The notes: generated by a model from the letters alone, not told the origin. 64,000 nucleotides of DNA from an uncultured Bacilli bacterium (GCA_950097225.1 CATNCE010000003.1:28493-92492), one strand, 5' to 3'. Counted from the stretch's first letter, positions 1-9,700 are shown. Numbers and translations are program-made.

Positions 1-874
1 AACCTTGATCAGTATTGCTTGGTTTAATGCCGGCATTATCGGCACTAATAAATACGGATGTACGCAAGTGATCAGCGATAATACGCATACTTTTTTCGTT
101 TCCTTCATATGGTTTTTTGGCAATTTGACTAATAAGCGAGATAACATCACTCCAAATAGATGATGCGTAGTTATCGTTAACGTTTTCAAGAATAGCAACT
201 GTACGCTCTACACCCATACCAGTATCGACATTCTTATTTGGAAGTTCAGAAACTGTTCCGTCTTCGTGTTTAACATATTGCATGAAAACGTCATTCCAAA
301 TTTCAACCCAACGTTCGTCATCGGGATCAAAAGTATCAGGAATTGGATCATTACTACGCCAATAAAACATTTCTGAGTCGCCACCACAAGGTCCAGTTTC
401 CCCAGCAATCCAAAAATTGTCAGCAAGCTTAGCGATTCGCTCTTCTTTGATTCCTAAATCGCGCCATATGGCGTATGATTCTTCATCAGCTGGAATATAC
501 TCATTTCCAGAAAAAATCGTAACAGCAAGACGATTAACAGGGATATTAAGAGTCTTAGTTAAAAATTCATAACTCCATGTTATAGCCTCTTTTTTAAAAT
601 AATCTCCTAAACTCCAATTCCCCAACATTTCAAAGAATGTATGATGATAAGTATCCCCTACTTCATCAATATCGTTAGTACGAATACATTTTTGATAATC
701 ACATAATCTCGTTCCATATGGATGAGGTTGCCCTAAAAGATATGGGATTAAGGGCTGCATCCCAGCTGTATTAAATAGTACCGATGGATCATTTTCTGGT
801 ACTACTGGGGATGAGGGAATTTGTTTATGATTTTTACTAACAAAAAAATCAATGTATAAATCCTTTAAATTCAT
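1..874 (-). CDS. alaS: Alanine--tRNA ligase, N-terminal part; the gene runs off the left edge of the window
   Basis: My own minus-strand translation from the ATG at 872-874 gives MNLKDLYIDFFVSKNHKQIPSSPVVPENDPSVLFNTAGMQPLIPYLLG..HHTFFEMLGNWSLGDYFKKEAI..GPCGGDSEMFYW..WNDVFMQY..DTGMGVERT..RIIADHLR. These are AlaRS signature blocks. The frame stays open to position 1, which explains why it is absent from the ORF track. An SD-like AGGAAGTGA lies upstream. Confidence 0.9.
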   Translation of the reverse strand, partial: MNLKDLYIDFFVSKNHKQIPSSPVVPENDPSVLFNTAGMQPLIPYLLGQPHPYGTRLCDYQKCIRTNDIDEVGDTYHHTFFEMLGNWSLGDYFKKEAITWSYEFLTKTLNIPVNRLAVTIFSGNEYIPADEESYAIWRDLGIKEERIAKLADNFWIAGETGPCGGDSEMFYWRSNDPIPDTFDPDDERWVEIWNDVFMQYVKHEDGTVSELPNKNVDTGMGVERTVAILENVNDNYASSIWSDVISLISQIAKKPYEGNEKSMRIIADHLRTSVFISADNAGIKPSNTDQG

Positions 875-926
875 AATTTTCACTTCCTAAATATATATCG
901 TGGTTATTATACCATATTTATTATAA

Positions 927-2210
927 TTAACATATTCCTAAATTGCATAGAAATGATTTTTTCTCGCCTTTTCTAGCGATCATGACTTTTTCTTCGCCAA
1001 TAAGATAAGAATGACTTCCATATTCGATGATGATGATATCTGTATAGTTGTCTTTATCTAATTCTTGATAATAATTATCACTTTTAGAGGTACTTAGTTG
1101 AACTAAGTTTTTTTCAGTAATTAAGGTATTGTCGAGATCTAAAAAGTAGTAGCTTGGTAGAGCTTCATCATAACGATATTCACTTTCAAATTCAATACGA
1201 ATAGGATTTTTTAGGCTGTAGTCCCCTTTTGCTAAGGCTGCACTCTCGGCATATTTAACCACATCGACATTAGTTGTGCGGTTCTTAGTTCGATCTAGTT
1301 CAAGATAAGTTATATCATCATCTTTCTTAGTATAATTTTGAACATCAAGACTAGTTATCTTATCATGAGTAACTATTTTTAAATTAGTTGGCTGTCCTGC
1401 TTCGTGTTTAATAAGATAAAAGGCCGAATCACTTGAGAAGTTACTTATTAAGTCTAAAAGTTCAGCATCGTTTAGGTCATGTTGATAAATTAATTTATAA
1501 GTAACTGTCAATTTTTTGCTGGCAATTAGCTCATCAAGACTCTTATTCGGAACAACATGAATATAATCAAGGAAGCGATTATACTCAGTATAATATTCTT
1601 GATAACTAGTTTCAATGGAATGCGTTATAAGACCAGGATTAGAGATGTTAGTACTTAAGTATGTAAGTAAGTCATTATTTAATTTAGAAGGGTTAATATC
1701 ATCCCCTAATAGTTCATTGTTAATACTCATCAGATGTTTTCCATCCTTAGTAGTTAAAAGATAAATGCCTGTATTTTTTGTTTCGTTATCTTCTTCACGG
1801 GTTAATTCAATTAAATCTACTTTTTTTAGTTTCTCGCCGTAGTGTTTCTTATAGTAGTCTTTAAATATGGGTTCTGTTACTTTCAATAATTCGCTTTTAT
1901 GGGCATTATAATAAACATTGGTGTAGATGATTGCGAATGTTGCAGCAAACACCATAATGAAAATCCCTGCAAACATTATTTTCTTTTCGGCTTTTTTACG
2001 GCTTTTTTCTTCTTCTAATTCGGATTCTGTTAAATAACTTTCGTATTCGATGTCTTCCTCGCTTTTATTTTTTAAAACGGCAAATACTTCACTTATTGAG
2101 TACTTAGAATCAGGAAATTCTGCTTCAATTCTCTTTTCTTCCTCGGCGATTTGCTTTAATAATTCTTTTTCTTTTCGCTTCTCTTCTCTGCGCTCTTTTA
2201 TCGTTTTCAT
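927..2210 (-). CDS. Hypothetical single-pass membrane protein: K/E-rich cytoplasmic N-terminus, one TM segment, about 330-aa extracytoplasmic domain
   Basis: A 427-aa ORF with a charged coiled N-terminus (KERREEKRKEKELLKQIAEEEKRIE) followed by the TM segment IMFAGIFIMVFAATFAIIYTNVYY. I recognised no family. Confidence 0.55.
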   Translation of the reverse strand: MKTIKERREEKRKEKELLKQIAEEEKRIEAEFPDSKYSISEVFAVLKNKSEEDIEYESYLTESELEEEKSRKKAEKKIMFAGIFIMVFAATFAIIYTNVYYNAHKSELLKVTEPIFKDYYKKHYGEKLKKVDLIELTREEDNETKNTGIYLLTTKDGKHLMSINNELLGDDINPSKLNNDLLTYLSTNISNPGLITHSIETSYQEYYTEYNRFLDYIHVVPNKSLDELIASKKLTVTYKLIYQHDLNDAELLDLISNFSSDSAFYLIKHEAGQPTNLKIVTHDKITSLDVQNYTKKDDDITYLELDRTKNRTTNVDVVKYAESAALAKGDYSLKNPIRIEFESEYRYDEALPSYYFLDLDNTLITEKNLVQLSTSKSDNYYQELDKDNYTDIIIIEYGSHSYLIGEEKVMIARKGEKKSFLCNLGIC

Positions 2211-2256
2211 ATGTTCACCTATGATAATTATAGCAAAGAAAAAAGACTTATAAAAG

Positions 2257-2991
2257 TCAATAATTTATCGTTTGATCGAGAAACTTTTTACTATGAATAT
2301 AAATTCCTGTGTACCTATCATAGTAAGACGTCATAAAGTTATTAATATTGGCAATAACATATTCCTTTATTTTTAACTCTTTAATGGTATCAATATCAAC
2401 TAAATAATACATGCGCAGCATTTTACGCGTTTTTTCATCGTAAATAGGCTCGTTAGTGTAGCAATTTTTGCAAATATAACCACCGATATCAGGATCAATC
2501 GTGACAATGTTTTTATTACTCCCACACTTAGCACAGGCGTTTAACTCGATTGGGCAACCAAGAAAGTCTAATAGTTTTATTTCGAGAATATTCATCATTA
2601 CAATTGGATTTAGCCCACTTTCTATTTTCTTGATAGTAGAAATATAAAGGTCGTAGATAAGTGGTTCAGGACTTTGAGTAAATACTTGTCGAACTAAATC
2701 TGTTAGGTAAATATAAACCGAATATGGAATAAGAGATGCGTCGGTACGAATATTAGTAAATTCATTTAGGATGTGGCCCTCTTTTAATGTCGATAATCGA
2801 TCACTATTGTGATAAATGGTAAACTCGGCATAGACTAGTTTCGATGATATTAGTCGCAAGGGACTCTTTATATTCTTACATCCCTTGGATGCAACCCCAA
2901 TTATCCCCTCTTTAGTCAGTATATTTAATATTTTGGAGTTTTCTTTGAAAGGAGTTTCACTAATGACAACTCCTTCAATATTTTTTAACAT
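2257..2991 (-). CDS. recO: DNA repair protein RecO
   Basis: The N-terminal OB region (GVVISETPFKENSKILNILTKEGIIG) and a C4 zinc motif (CAKCGS...ICKNC) match RecO. Its position downstream of era and yqzL matches B. subtilis. Confidence 0.85.
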   Translation of the reverse strand: MLKNIEGVVISETPFKENSKILNILTKEGIIGVASKGCKNIKSPLRLISSKLVYAEFTIYHNSDRLSTLKEGHILNEFTNIRTDASLIPYSVYIYLTDLVRQVFTQSPEPLIYDLYISTIKKIESGLNPIVMMNILEIKLLDFLGCPIELNACAKCGSNKNIVTIDPDIGGYICKNCYTNEPIYDEKTRKMLRMYYLVDIDTIKELKIKEYVIANINNFMTSYYDRYTGIYIHSKKFLDQTINY

Positions 2992-2995
2992 AAAA

Positions 2996-3073
2996 TCACT
3001 TCTTTTTATATTCTAAATAGTATTCAATTTTTCCTGTTTTTTTAAATAACTCCCATAATTCCTTTTTATTCAT
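2996..3073 (-). CDS. yqzL: YqzL-like micro-protein (25 aa), not present in the ORF track
   Basis: My own translation gives MNKKELWELFKKTGKIEYYLEYKKK. It matches the YqzL pattern (W..F..TG.I..YL.YK) and sits between era and recO as in B. subtilis. Its stop lies 5 nt before the recO ATG. Confidence 0.45.
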   Translation of the reverse strand: MNKKELWELFKKTGKIEYYLEYKKK

Positions 3074-3075
3074 AA

Positions 3076-3111
3076 AATAACACCCTTTCTACTTATATAA
3101 TGGGTGTTATT
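3076..3111 (-). terminator. Hairpin downstream of the 432-aa hypothetical gene
   Basis: Arms aataacaccc (3076-3085) and gggtgttatt (3102-3111) pair, and a T-run follows on the minus strand. The loop is large (16 nt). Confidence 0.45.
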
Positions 3112-3123
3112 TTAATTATTTAT

Positions 3124-4422
3124 TCATGCTGCAGGAATTTTTGGTATTTCTAGTTCAATATCATTAGTTTGATATCTCTCTTTTAAAGCATAGTACATCT
3201 CTTTAGAAAGAGGGATATTAGCATATTGAAGATAATCAATAAGGTCTTTATCAGCTTGTTCATCAAGGGATTTAACGAGCTCGCTTGTGTTATTAAAGGC
3301 CTTAGATGTTGTATATACACTAAGGATCATAAATAAGCGCTCAAGATCCTCTTTAGAACAGATGCGATAGGCAAATTTGATAATTGTTTCATTAGAATAA
3401 CCTTGTTTTAATAAGTACACATCATAATAATTTATTTCACGATAACCATTTCCATAATTAATTCCTTCATTGTATGCTCGTAAGATGTTCTCAATTATAG
3501 TTTTAAAGTTGGCAAGAACAACAGTATCTTTAGTTTGGTACTTATCGATGAGACTTTTTAAAAGTACATCCCGACTTTCTGCACCATCTTTCAAAACTTC
3601 CCTAAACTTATATTCGTTAAAATTATATTTAAGAAATAGTTCACTTATATCGAAGATGTCTTGAATTAAATATTCCTCTAAAATGCGATGAAGATTTAAT
3701 AAACGCTCACGCAATGTTTCGCGACGACTTTTTTGCTCGATAAATTTAACAACTCGATCGTTAAAACGAAATGCCTCTTTTAACATATATTCAAGGCGTT
3801 TTATTTCGGCGCGATTAGCTGGATATACAGTCTTATATTCATCGATTAATTTGCGCAAACTGATCTTGCTGATATTGATTTGATTGATGAAAGTTATTCC
3901 CGTTTTATCATCAGGCATTTGTAGTAAACGATTGATTAGTTCGATATCATATTTACCGCGTTTAGCTAAATCCATTACGTTTTGATAAGACATCTTAATT
4001 TCATTATTATTAGTATGACTTAAATAATAGTCGCGACATTTTATAAGGTATTTATCGTTATAACTAGATAGCTTGCCATCTTCTTCGGCATAAATGCGCT
4101 TATATCTACTAATGGCGTAGATGTTACCCTGACTTTGAATTAAGGCCCCAACGATTTCCTTACCGCGTTTAAAGATTATTTCACCAGGAATAAGCCTCGT
4201 CTTATTGTATGCATTCACTTCAGCATCCGTAATTAAATTACTCTTTATATATAAATCTAAATATTTAAATATATCTGTGTCGCTGTAGATAGTGTCATCT
4301 TCACTACTATATTTAGCAATATATGGTTTAAGGTCTACTTCGCGACCATTAGTTTCGACATAGGTGTTAAAAACTTCTTTTTGTCTTTTTATAAACTCAT
4401 CTAGTTTAATTACTTTAGCCAT
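3124..4422 (-). CDS. Hypothetical soluble protein (432 aa) inserted between era and yqzL-recO
   Basis: A long ORF with no TM segment and no motif I can assign. It begins 22 nt after the era stop and is followed by its own hairpin. Confidence 0.6.
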   Translation of the reverse strand: MAKVIKLDEFIKRQKEVFNTYVETNGREVDLKPYIAKYSSEDDTIYSDTDIFKYLDLYIKSNLITDAEVNAYNKTRLIPGEIIFKRGKEIVGALIQSQGNIYAISRYKRIYAEEDGKLSSYNDKYLIKCRDYYLSHTNNNEIKMSYQNVMDLAKRGKYDIELINRLLQMPDDKTGITFINQINISKISLRKLIDEYKTVYPANRAEIKRLEYMLKEAFRFNDRVVKFIEQKSRRETLRERLLNLHRILEEYLIQDIFDISELFLKYNFNEYKFREVLKDGAESRDVLLKSLIDKYQTKDTVVLANFKTIIENILRAYNEGINYGNGYREINYYDVYLLKQGYSNETIIKFAYRICSKEDLERLFMILSVYTTSKAFNNTSELVKSLDEQADKDLIDYLQYANIPLSKEMYYALKERYQTNDIELEIPKIPAA

Positions 4423-4444
4423 CGTGTTTACCTCCTTTTAATTG

Positions 4445-5326
4445 TTACTTTTCGTCAAAACCTAGTTCTACTAAGTATTTCTCCTTGTTGCGCCAATTTT
4501 TTACGGTTTTTACGAATAATTCTAAATACACCGGTTTTTCAAGCATGTGTTCAATATCTTTTCTTGCCTCTGTTCCAATAGTTTTTAGCATAGCTCCTTT
4601 TTTACCAATGATGATTTTTTTAAGAGAGTCACGAGCTACAATTATATCAACAGATATTTCAACGATGTTAGATTTTTCATGATAATTGGTTAAAAGACAC
4701 GTAATTGCGTGTGGTACTTCTTCCGTTGTTAAGTTTAAGATTTTTTCACGAACTAATTCGGCAATCATGAAGTATGGATCGTTGTTAGTTATTACATCAT
4801 CTTCATAATATTTTATAGAATCTTTTAAATATTTTTTAGTTAATTCAATCAAGCGTGGGATATTATCTTGTTTTAGGGCACTAATGGGAATAATATCCGC
4901 AAAATCAAAGAGATCTTTATAAGTATTAATGGACTTCATAATTCCATCTTTAGTAAGTTTATCAATTTTATTTAAAACGAGAATAACTGGTACTGTCGTA
5001 TGTTTTAATGCTTCAATTATAAATTTATCACCCTTGCCAAGTCCTGATGCGGCATCGACAACGAATAAAATGGCATCAATATCCTCTAAAGATTCATAAG
5101 TTTGTTTATTTAAATGTTTACCTAATTTATCAATAGATTTATGGATTCCAGGGGTGTCAACAAAAACTATTTGTGTGTTTTCGTCATGATAGACACCTTG
5201 AATGGTATTACGAGTTGTCCCAGCGACATTAGACACAATCGCGATATGTTCATTGATAATCGTATTGATTAAAGTACTTTTTCCTGTGTTTGGTCGCCCA
5301 ACGATGCTTACAAAACCACTTTTCAT
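4445..5326 (-). CDS. era: GTPase Era
   Basis: G1 motif GRPNTGKSTL, G3 motif DTPG and G4 motif NKID are present, with a C-terminal KH region (VEISVDIIVARDSLKKIIIGKKGAMLK). Confidence 0.95.
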   Translation of the reverse strand: MKSGFVSIVGRPNTGKSTLINTIINEHIAIVSNVAGTTRNTIQGVYHDENTQIVFVDTPGIHKSIDKLGKHLNKQTYESLEDIDAILFVVDAASGLGKGDKFIIEALKHTTVPVILVLNKIDKLTKDGIMKSINTYKDLFDFADIIPISALKQDNIPRLIELTKKYLKDSIKYYEDDVITNNDPYFMIAELVREKILNLTTEEVPHAITCLLTNYHEKSNIVEISVDIIVARDSLKKIIIGKKGAMLKTIGTEARKDIEHMLEKPVYLELFVKTVKNWRNKEKYLVELGFDEK

Positions 5327-5356
5327 ATATCCACTTCTCCTACGCTAATAATTATA

Positions 5357-5800
5357 TCATATATTTATGTTTAAATCATTCAAAATTTCTTCTTGTAAGC
5401 CAAAATGTATCTTTTCATCTTCCTTACTGCGGGTGTGATCATAACCTAGCAAGTGAAGAAGCCCATGCACAGTTAGGAAAGACAATTCTCTTTTTTCAGA
5501 ATGCTTGTACTCACATGCTTGGCTTTGCATTTTGGGTATAGAAATAAAGATATCGCCAAGTTCTCTAATAGGAGTCATTATACTGCTATTATCTTCAAGG
5601 GCAAAACTTAAAACATCAGTTGTGCGATCAATACTACGATACTCTTTATTTAACTCGTGCATTTTAGCATCATCAATAAAAATGACACTGAAAGAAGCAT
5701 TTTCTATATTTAATTTTTCTAAAGTGTGATTAATTACTGCATTTAGGTAGCTATAATCACTTTGATAGTCTGTTTCATTTATTATTGTAAATTCATTCAT
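5357..5800 (-). CDS. ybeY: rRNA maturation endoribonuclease YbeY
   Basis: It carries the zinc motif HGLLHLLGYDH, is about 147 aa long, and lies upstream of era. Confidence 0.9.
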   Translation of the reverse strand: MNEFTIINETDYQSDYSYLNAVINHTLEKLNIENASFSVIFIDDAKMHELNKEYRSIDRTTDVLSFALEDNSSIMTPIRELGDIFISIPKMQSQACEYKHSEKRELSFLTVHGLLHLLGYDHTRSKEDEKIHFGLQEEILNDLNINI

Positions 5801-6420
5801 TTAATCACCTCATAAGAAATTGCAAACAAGCCGATAATAATTAGAACACTCACAAAAAACATGATAAGTTTAAATCCATTTGTTTGATACTTGCTTGGAA
5901 AGCGTTCGTATATTTTATGACTTAAAACATATATAAGAAAACCAAAAACACCACCTGTAACGTTTAAGATAATATCATCAATATCAAAACTACGACCGAT
6001 AAACATCTGAATAGTCTCAATAGTTAATGATGTTAAGAAAATAATAAGCGTTTGAATAAATATATTGCACTTTCCTGCTTTTTCTTTAATCATATCCGTT
6101 ATTAGATAACCAAATGGGATAAAGATAGCAATATTACCTATTACATTACGAATGAATAAGAGATTCGTTGTTTTATAACGCATTATTTCTTTAAAAGGAA
6201 TAAAGTTATTAGAAAAACTTTCAAAATCAGTAGTCGTAACTAAATTGAATAAGGCAAAACAATATACGATGTATAATAAATTTTTTAGCTCTTTATAGAC
6301 GATAATTTTTTCTTTAGAGTATAACATTGTCACTAAACGTGTTAAAATCATCACAATTGAAAAAAGAATTATCATCGGTAAAAGATTAATTATTATATCG
6401 TATACTTTTGTTGGAATCAT
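5797..6420 (-). CDS. VanZ-like family membrane protein
   Basis: A multi-TM protein with the VanZ-type motif string NIAIFIPFGYL...IETIQMFIGRSFDIDDIILNVTGGVFG. Confidence 0.6.
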   Translation of the reverse strand: MIPTKVYDIIINLLPMIILFSIVMILTRLVTMLYSKEKIIVYKELKNLLYIVYCFALFNLVTTTDFESFSNNFIPFKEIMRYKTTNLLFIRNVIGNIAIFIPFGYLITDMIKEKAGKCNIFIQTLIIFLTSLTIETIQMFIGRSFDIDDIILNVTGGVFGFLIYVLSHKIYERFPSKYQTNGFKLIMFFVSVLIIIGLFAISYEVIK

Positions 6421-7545
6421 TTAATCACTACTTTCAGGTATTGTTGGTTGTCGTAGTTCATATTCTATCATTTCACCAATAGACTCATTTACACTTATAA
6501 ATAACTCTAATTCTATTGTACTATCATTTATGGTTTCTTTCAAAACTTTTTTATCAATTATGGTATTATTATGCCCAATTTTTTCAAGAATTTTATTTTC
6601 GGCAGCTTCGATGGCTTTTTTTCTTGTTTCATCATCGCTTAATTTAGTCTCTTTTTCGATGAATTCTTTTTGTTTAACAAGGCGGAGGTTGCCAATTTTT
6701 AGCATGATAGTTTCTTCATAGTTTTCATATAGACGCTTTTTTAAGTAGCGGTCATACACTTTGACATTGACTTTTTCGCGTTTGGTAAACTCCGTCTCGA
6801 TTAAAGTTTTTGGATATTTTATATTTACTTTGTACCAAGTATTGGCCCAAATAGTACCTGATGCACATATGTTGTCTTTTACTTCTTCATTTAAGATTAC
6901 TTCGCCAGATATTAATATATCTCCTGGTTTTACTAAATTGCCTTTTTCGACGATCGTTATTCCTTTTTTAGCCTCAATCCCAGTTATAACGCCTGATTTT
7001 TTTGCAATAATATGACAACGTTCCTTGGTTTCTTCTTCCGTCTTTATTATACGCTCCTCAACATTTACGATGTATTTCATTCCAGTCTTAGTTATCGATA
7101 TGAAATCAAGAAAGTCACGATTTTCGGCTAGTATCTGATCACTGATATTATTTAGTTCTTGATTATTTTTACTTAGAGTAAAGCGCTTTATTTTCTTGTC
7201 TCCAAGTAGAGTATCGATCTTTTTAATCATCTCTTTGTTTTCGTGTTTTATCTCAACACTGACGATAATATTGCTATAGAAGGTTATTAAAGAGATGAAA
7301 AAAATGAGCAATATAATATTATATAAATTGTGTCTTAGAAGAAGAATAAAATGCTTTTTGCCTAGTGTTTTATACTTAACTATTTTGGAATAATAATTTA
7401 ATTTCTTTACTCGTTCATAATCACTTTCTTTAATAGTAACGAGAATATAGTCTTCTTCATATTTAATTTCGTATAAATCGATATTATAACTTATACATTT
7501 TTTAATAAATAACTTAATATTATCTTGAACTCGAATAATTATCAT
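6421..7545 (-). CDS. yqfD: Sporulation protein YqfD (stage IV-type)
   Basis: It is 374 aa with a single TM segment near residue 80 and lies immediately downstream of a YabP/YqfC-like gene, overlapping it by 4 nt. It also sits upstream of ybeY and era, as in B. subtilis. Confidence 0.7.
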   Translation of the reverse strand: MIIIRVQDNIKLFIKKCISYNIDLYEIKYEEDYILVTIKESDYERVKKLNYYSKIVKYKTLGKKHFILLLRHNLYNIILLIFFISLITFYSNIIVSVEIKHENKEMIKKIDTLLGDKKIKRFTLSKNNQELNNISDQILAENRDFLDFISITKTGMKYIVNVEERIIKTEEETKERCHIIAKKSGVITGIEAKKGITIVEKGNLVKPGDILISGEVILNEEVKDNICASGTIWANTWYKVNIKYPKTLIETEFTKREKVNVKVYDRYLKKRLYENYEETIMLKIGNLRLVKQKEFIEKETKLSDDETRKKAIEAAENKILEKIGHNNTIIDKKVLKETINDSTIELELFISVNESIGEMIEYELRQPTIPESSD

Positions 7546-7775
7546 AAGTATTTTACGCTTTCTATTTTTCCTTTAATGGCAGCCTCTTTACTGACTATTT
7601 TATTTAAAACTAGATCTTCTCCTGTTATCTTTAATATTCGCCCATTAATTTCAACGACAGCTTCTTCACTATCGATGTTGAGGATTTTATTGTAATTTTT
7701 TAAATAAACGGCATTTGAGGTTAGAATTATGTAGTAAGTTTCTTTATTAAAATACGACTTTATGATATCTAGCAT
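7542..7775 (-). CDS. yqfC: YqfC/YabP-family sporulation protein
   Basis: A small protein paired with yqfD. I moved the start to the ATG at 7773-7775 (MLDIIKSYF...), which has GGTGA 5 nt upstream. The ORF-track start at 7808 is a non-ATG codon. Confidence 0.55.
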   Translation of the reverse strand: MLDIIKSYFNKETYYIILTSNAVYLKNYNKILNIDSEEAVVEINGRILKITGEDLVLNKIVSKEAAIKGKIESVKYL

Positions 7776-7805
7776 ATTATTCACCAATAAACTATATGCA
7801 AAACG

Positions 7806-7834
7806 CAAAAAAAAAGAAGATGTTATTCTTCTTG
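7806..7834 (-). terminator. Rho-independent terminator after rpsU
   Basis: The hairpin is aagaaga / tcttctt. An A-run on the plus strand gives a T-run after the hairpin on the minus strand. Confidence 0.6.
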
Positions 7835-7841
7835 TTCGCGA

Positions 7842-8039
7842 TTAATCATTCTTCTTTCTCTTGTTTCTCTTACGTGAATTCTTAATCATTTCTTTCTTAG
7901 CTTCTCTTCTTTTTACGCCTGGCTTTTGATATTCTCTGTGTTTTTTTAGCTCAGAAGGGACACCTGATTTAGCAACTTTCATTTTAAATCTTTTTAATGC
8001 ACCGTTAACGTCACCGTTTTTAACTTCAACTTTTGTCAT
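7842..8039 (-). CDS. rpsU: 30S ribosomal protein S21
   Basis: The sequence MTKVEVKNGDVNGALKRFKMKVAKSGV..KKHREYQKPGVKRREAKKE matches S21. I set the start at the ATG at 8037-8039, preceded by the SD GAGGAGGGAAG. Confidence 0.9.
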   Translation of the reverse strand: MTKVEVKNGDVNGALKRFKMKVAKSGVPSELKKHREYQKPGVKRREAKKEMIKNSRKRNKRKKND

Positions 8040-8152
8040 TTGCTTCCCTCCTCTCAGTTCAATTGTATTATAATACACTTTATGGCCCTTTGCAAGTTTT
8101 TTTCAAGGATTTAAGGTTATTTTTGGACAACAGAGAATGAAAAAGATGAAGG

Positions 8153-9700
8153 CTATTCTTCATCTTTAAAATCATATTTTTTAGTGCTCATCAAATCGAT
8201 TAAAGCTTCATCAACGTTCATTGTGGCATCTTCATCAACTGTGGCATCTTTTTTTATTGCTTCTTCTTCGATCCCGCTTTCATCAATTTCCGTAGTTTTC
8301 TCTAGTTCAGCATCGTTTTTAATTTCTTCTTTTTCTTCGTGTTTTTCGCTATCTTTAGGCTTTTTCTTTTTGAAAATAAGTATTCCTGAAATAATAATTA
8401 TTACAAGACCAGATGCTATTAATGAAACTATTAAAATTATATTTTTATCTTTCTTATCTTTTTTTTCTTCGTCTTTAGTTTCGTCTTCATCTTCAGTAAT
8501 GATATTTCCTTTATCGTCGAATTTGTATGTGCCATCTTTGATTTTGTCATACTCTTTTTCGTATTGTTTCTTGAACTCATCTTCATCTAGAGTATTTTGA
8601 ATTCCTTCACTATCACGGAAAGTTACTTCGCCATTTTTGTATTTTAATACTTCTATTTGTTGATTCGATAGTCTTGTAACGTTGATAGTATATGTTATAG
8701 TTTCAGAACCAGTAACATTATCAACTGTAATAGTTAATTTATTTTCACCTACTACAAAGTTATCTAATCCATCAATAGAGACTTTAGCATTTCCATCTTC
8801 AGATGTGTATTTCATATCTTTGACCAAAGAAGTAATGGTATTAGGCACTGTTAAAGTATACTCTTTTACATCTTTTGAAAAAGCGGGAGTAAGAGTATAT
8901 TCTCCAAATGTAAGAGTTGATAGTTTGGCAGAATTATAACCAGTGTCCCCACGAAGAACGTTTAGTTTATAGTTCTTTGTCTCTTCTCTATTTTCACTAG
9001 TAACAGAAATGGTTACCTCGTTAGCTCCTTGATTTAGGGTTACTTTAGAATTCCCTGATACCGATAATCCGCCTGATACTGTATAATCACATCCTGTTGT
9101 ACGACATGTTGGATTAATAGTTACTGAATTTATTGTATCAGCAATATCATATATAGTGTATTCTTGAATTTCTGGATTAAACTCTGGAGATAAACGTCCT
9201 TGTGATATCTTAATTGATCCTAAAAAAGCATCATTACTCTTTTCTTTTTCAACAAACTTAGCATTTATAGTTATATTGTTTTTATTTGGTAAAGTTATGC
9301 TAGATGTGCTAGAAATTGAAAACTCAACATTTTTTTGGATCGTTTGATTGTTTGTTAAAACGAGATCCCCTAAGGCTGTGTTGCCTGCTGGAAATTTACC
9401 TTGATCTGCAAGGGATGCGAATGCGGCTTTTTTACCTGTTGGAATGACTTTAGTATCCCCTGTTTGTTCAAAAGAACAATCGACATCTAATGTATCAGTT
9501 GAGCACGTTAGAGTAAAACCATCTAATGGTGCTTCAGTTTCTGTTACACTTAGCTTTAGAGGAATTTTTACAACTCCACCATCTTTAACTATTTTCCCTT
9601 CTTCATATTCTATAGAAGCTGCATCAACAGTAAAAGGAACTGCCGATAAAGCAAATATACTTACCCCTGAAATAATAATTTTCTTTATTATTTTACTCAT
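8153..9700 (-). CDS. Secreted, membrane-anchored surface protein with two cadherin-like beta-sandwich domains and an acidic cytoplasmic tail
   Basis: The signal peptide is ...FALSAVPFTVDA|AS. Two repeats fit the cadherin-like (PF12733-type) pattern: LGSIKISQGRLSPEFNPEIQEYTIY... and LSTLTFGEYTLTPAFSKDVKEYTLTV.... A TM segment (ILIVSLIASGLVIIIISGILIF) and a D/E/K-rich tail follow. Confidence 0.7.
   Translation of the reverse strand: MSKIIKKIIISGVSIFALSAVPFTVDAASIEYEEGKIVKDGGVVKIPLKLSVTETEAPLDGFTLTCSTDTLDVDCSFEQTGDTKVIPTGKKAAFASLADQGKFPAGNTALGDLVLTNNQTIQKNVEFSISSTSSITLPNKNNITINAKFVEKEKSNDAFLGSIKISQGRLSPEFNPEIQEYTIYDIADTINSVTINPTCRTTGCDYTVSGGLSVSGNSKVTLNQGANEVTISVTSENREETKNYKLNVLRGDTGYNSAKLSTLTFGEYTLTPAFSKDVKEYTLTVPNTITSLVKDMKYTSEDGNAKVSIDGLDNFVVGENKLTITVDNVTGSETITYTINVTRLSNQQIEVLKYKNGEVTFRDSEGIQNTLDEDEFKKQYEKEYDKIKDGTYKFDDKGNIITEDEDETKDEEKKDKKDKNIILIVSLIASGLVIIIISGILIFKKKKPKDSEKHEEKEEIKNDAELEKTTEIDESGIEEEAIKKDATVDEDATMNVDEALIDLMSTKKYDFKDEE

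Noticed and set aside
875-926. Possible T-box or leader upstream of alaS.
   Set aside because: Only about 50 nt separate alaS from the upstream gene. That leaves room for a TGgTATAAT promoter and the SD, but not for a T-box riboswitch of about 200 nt.
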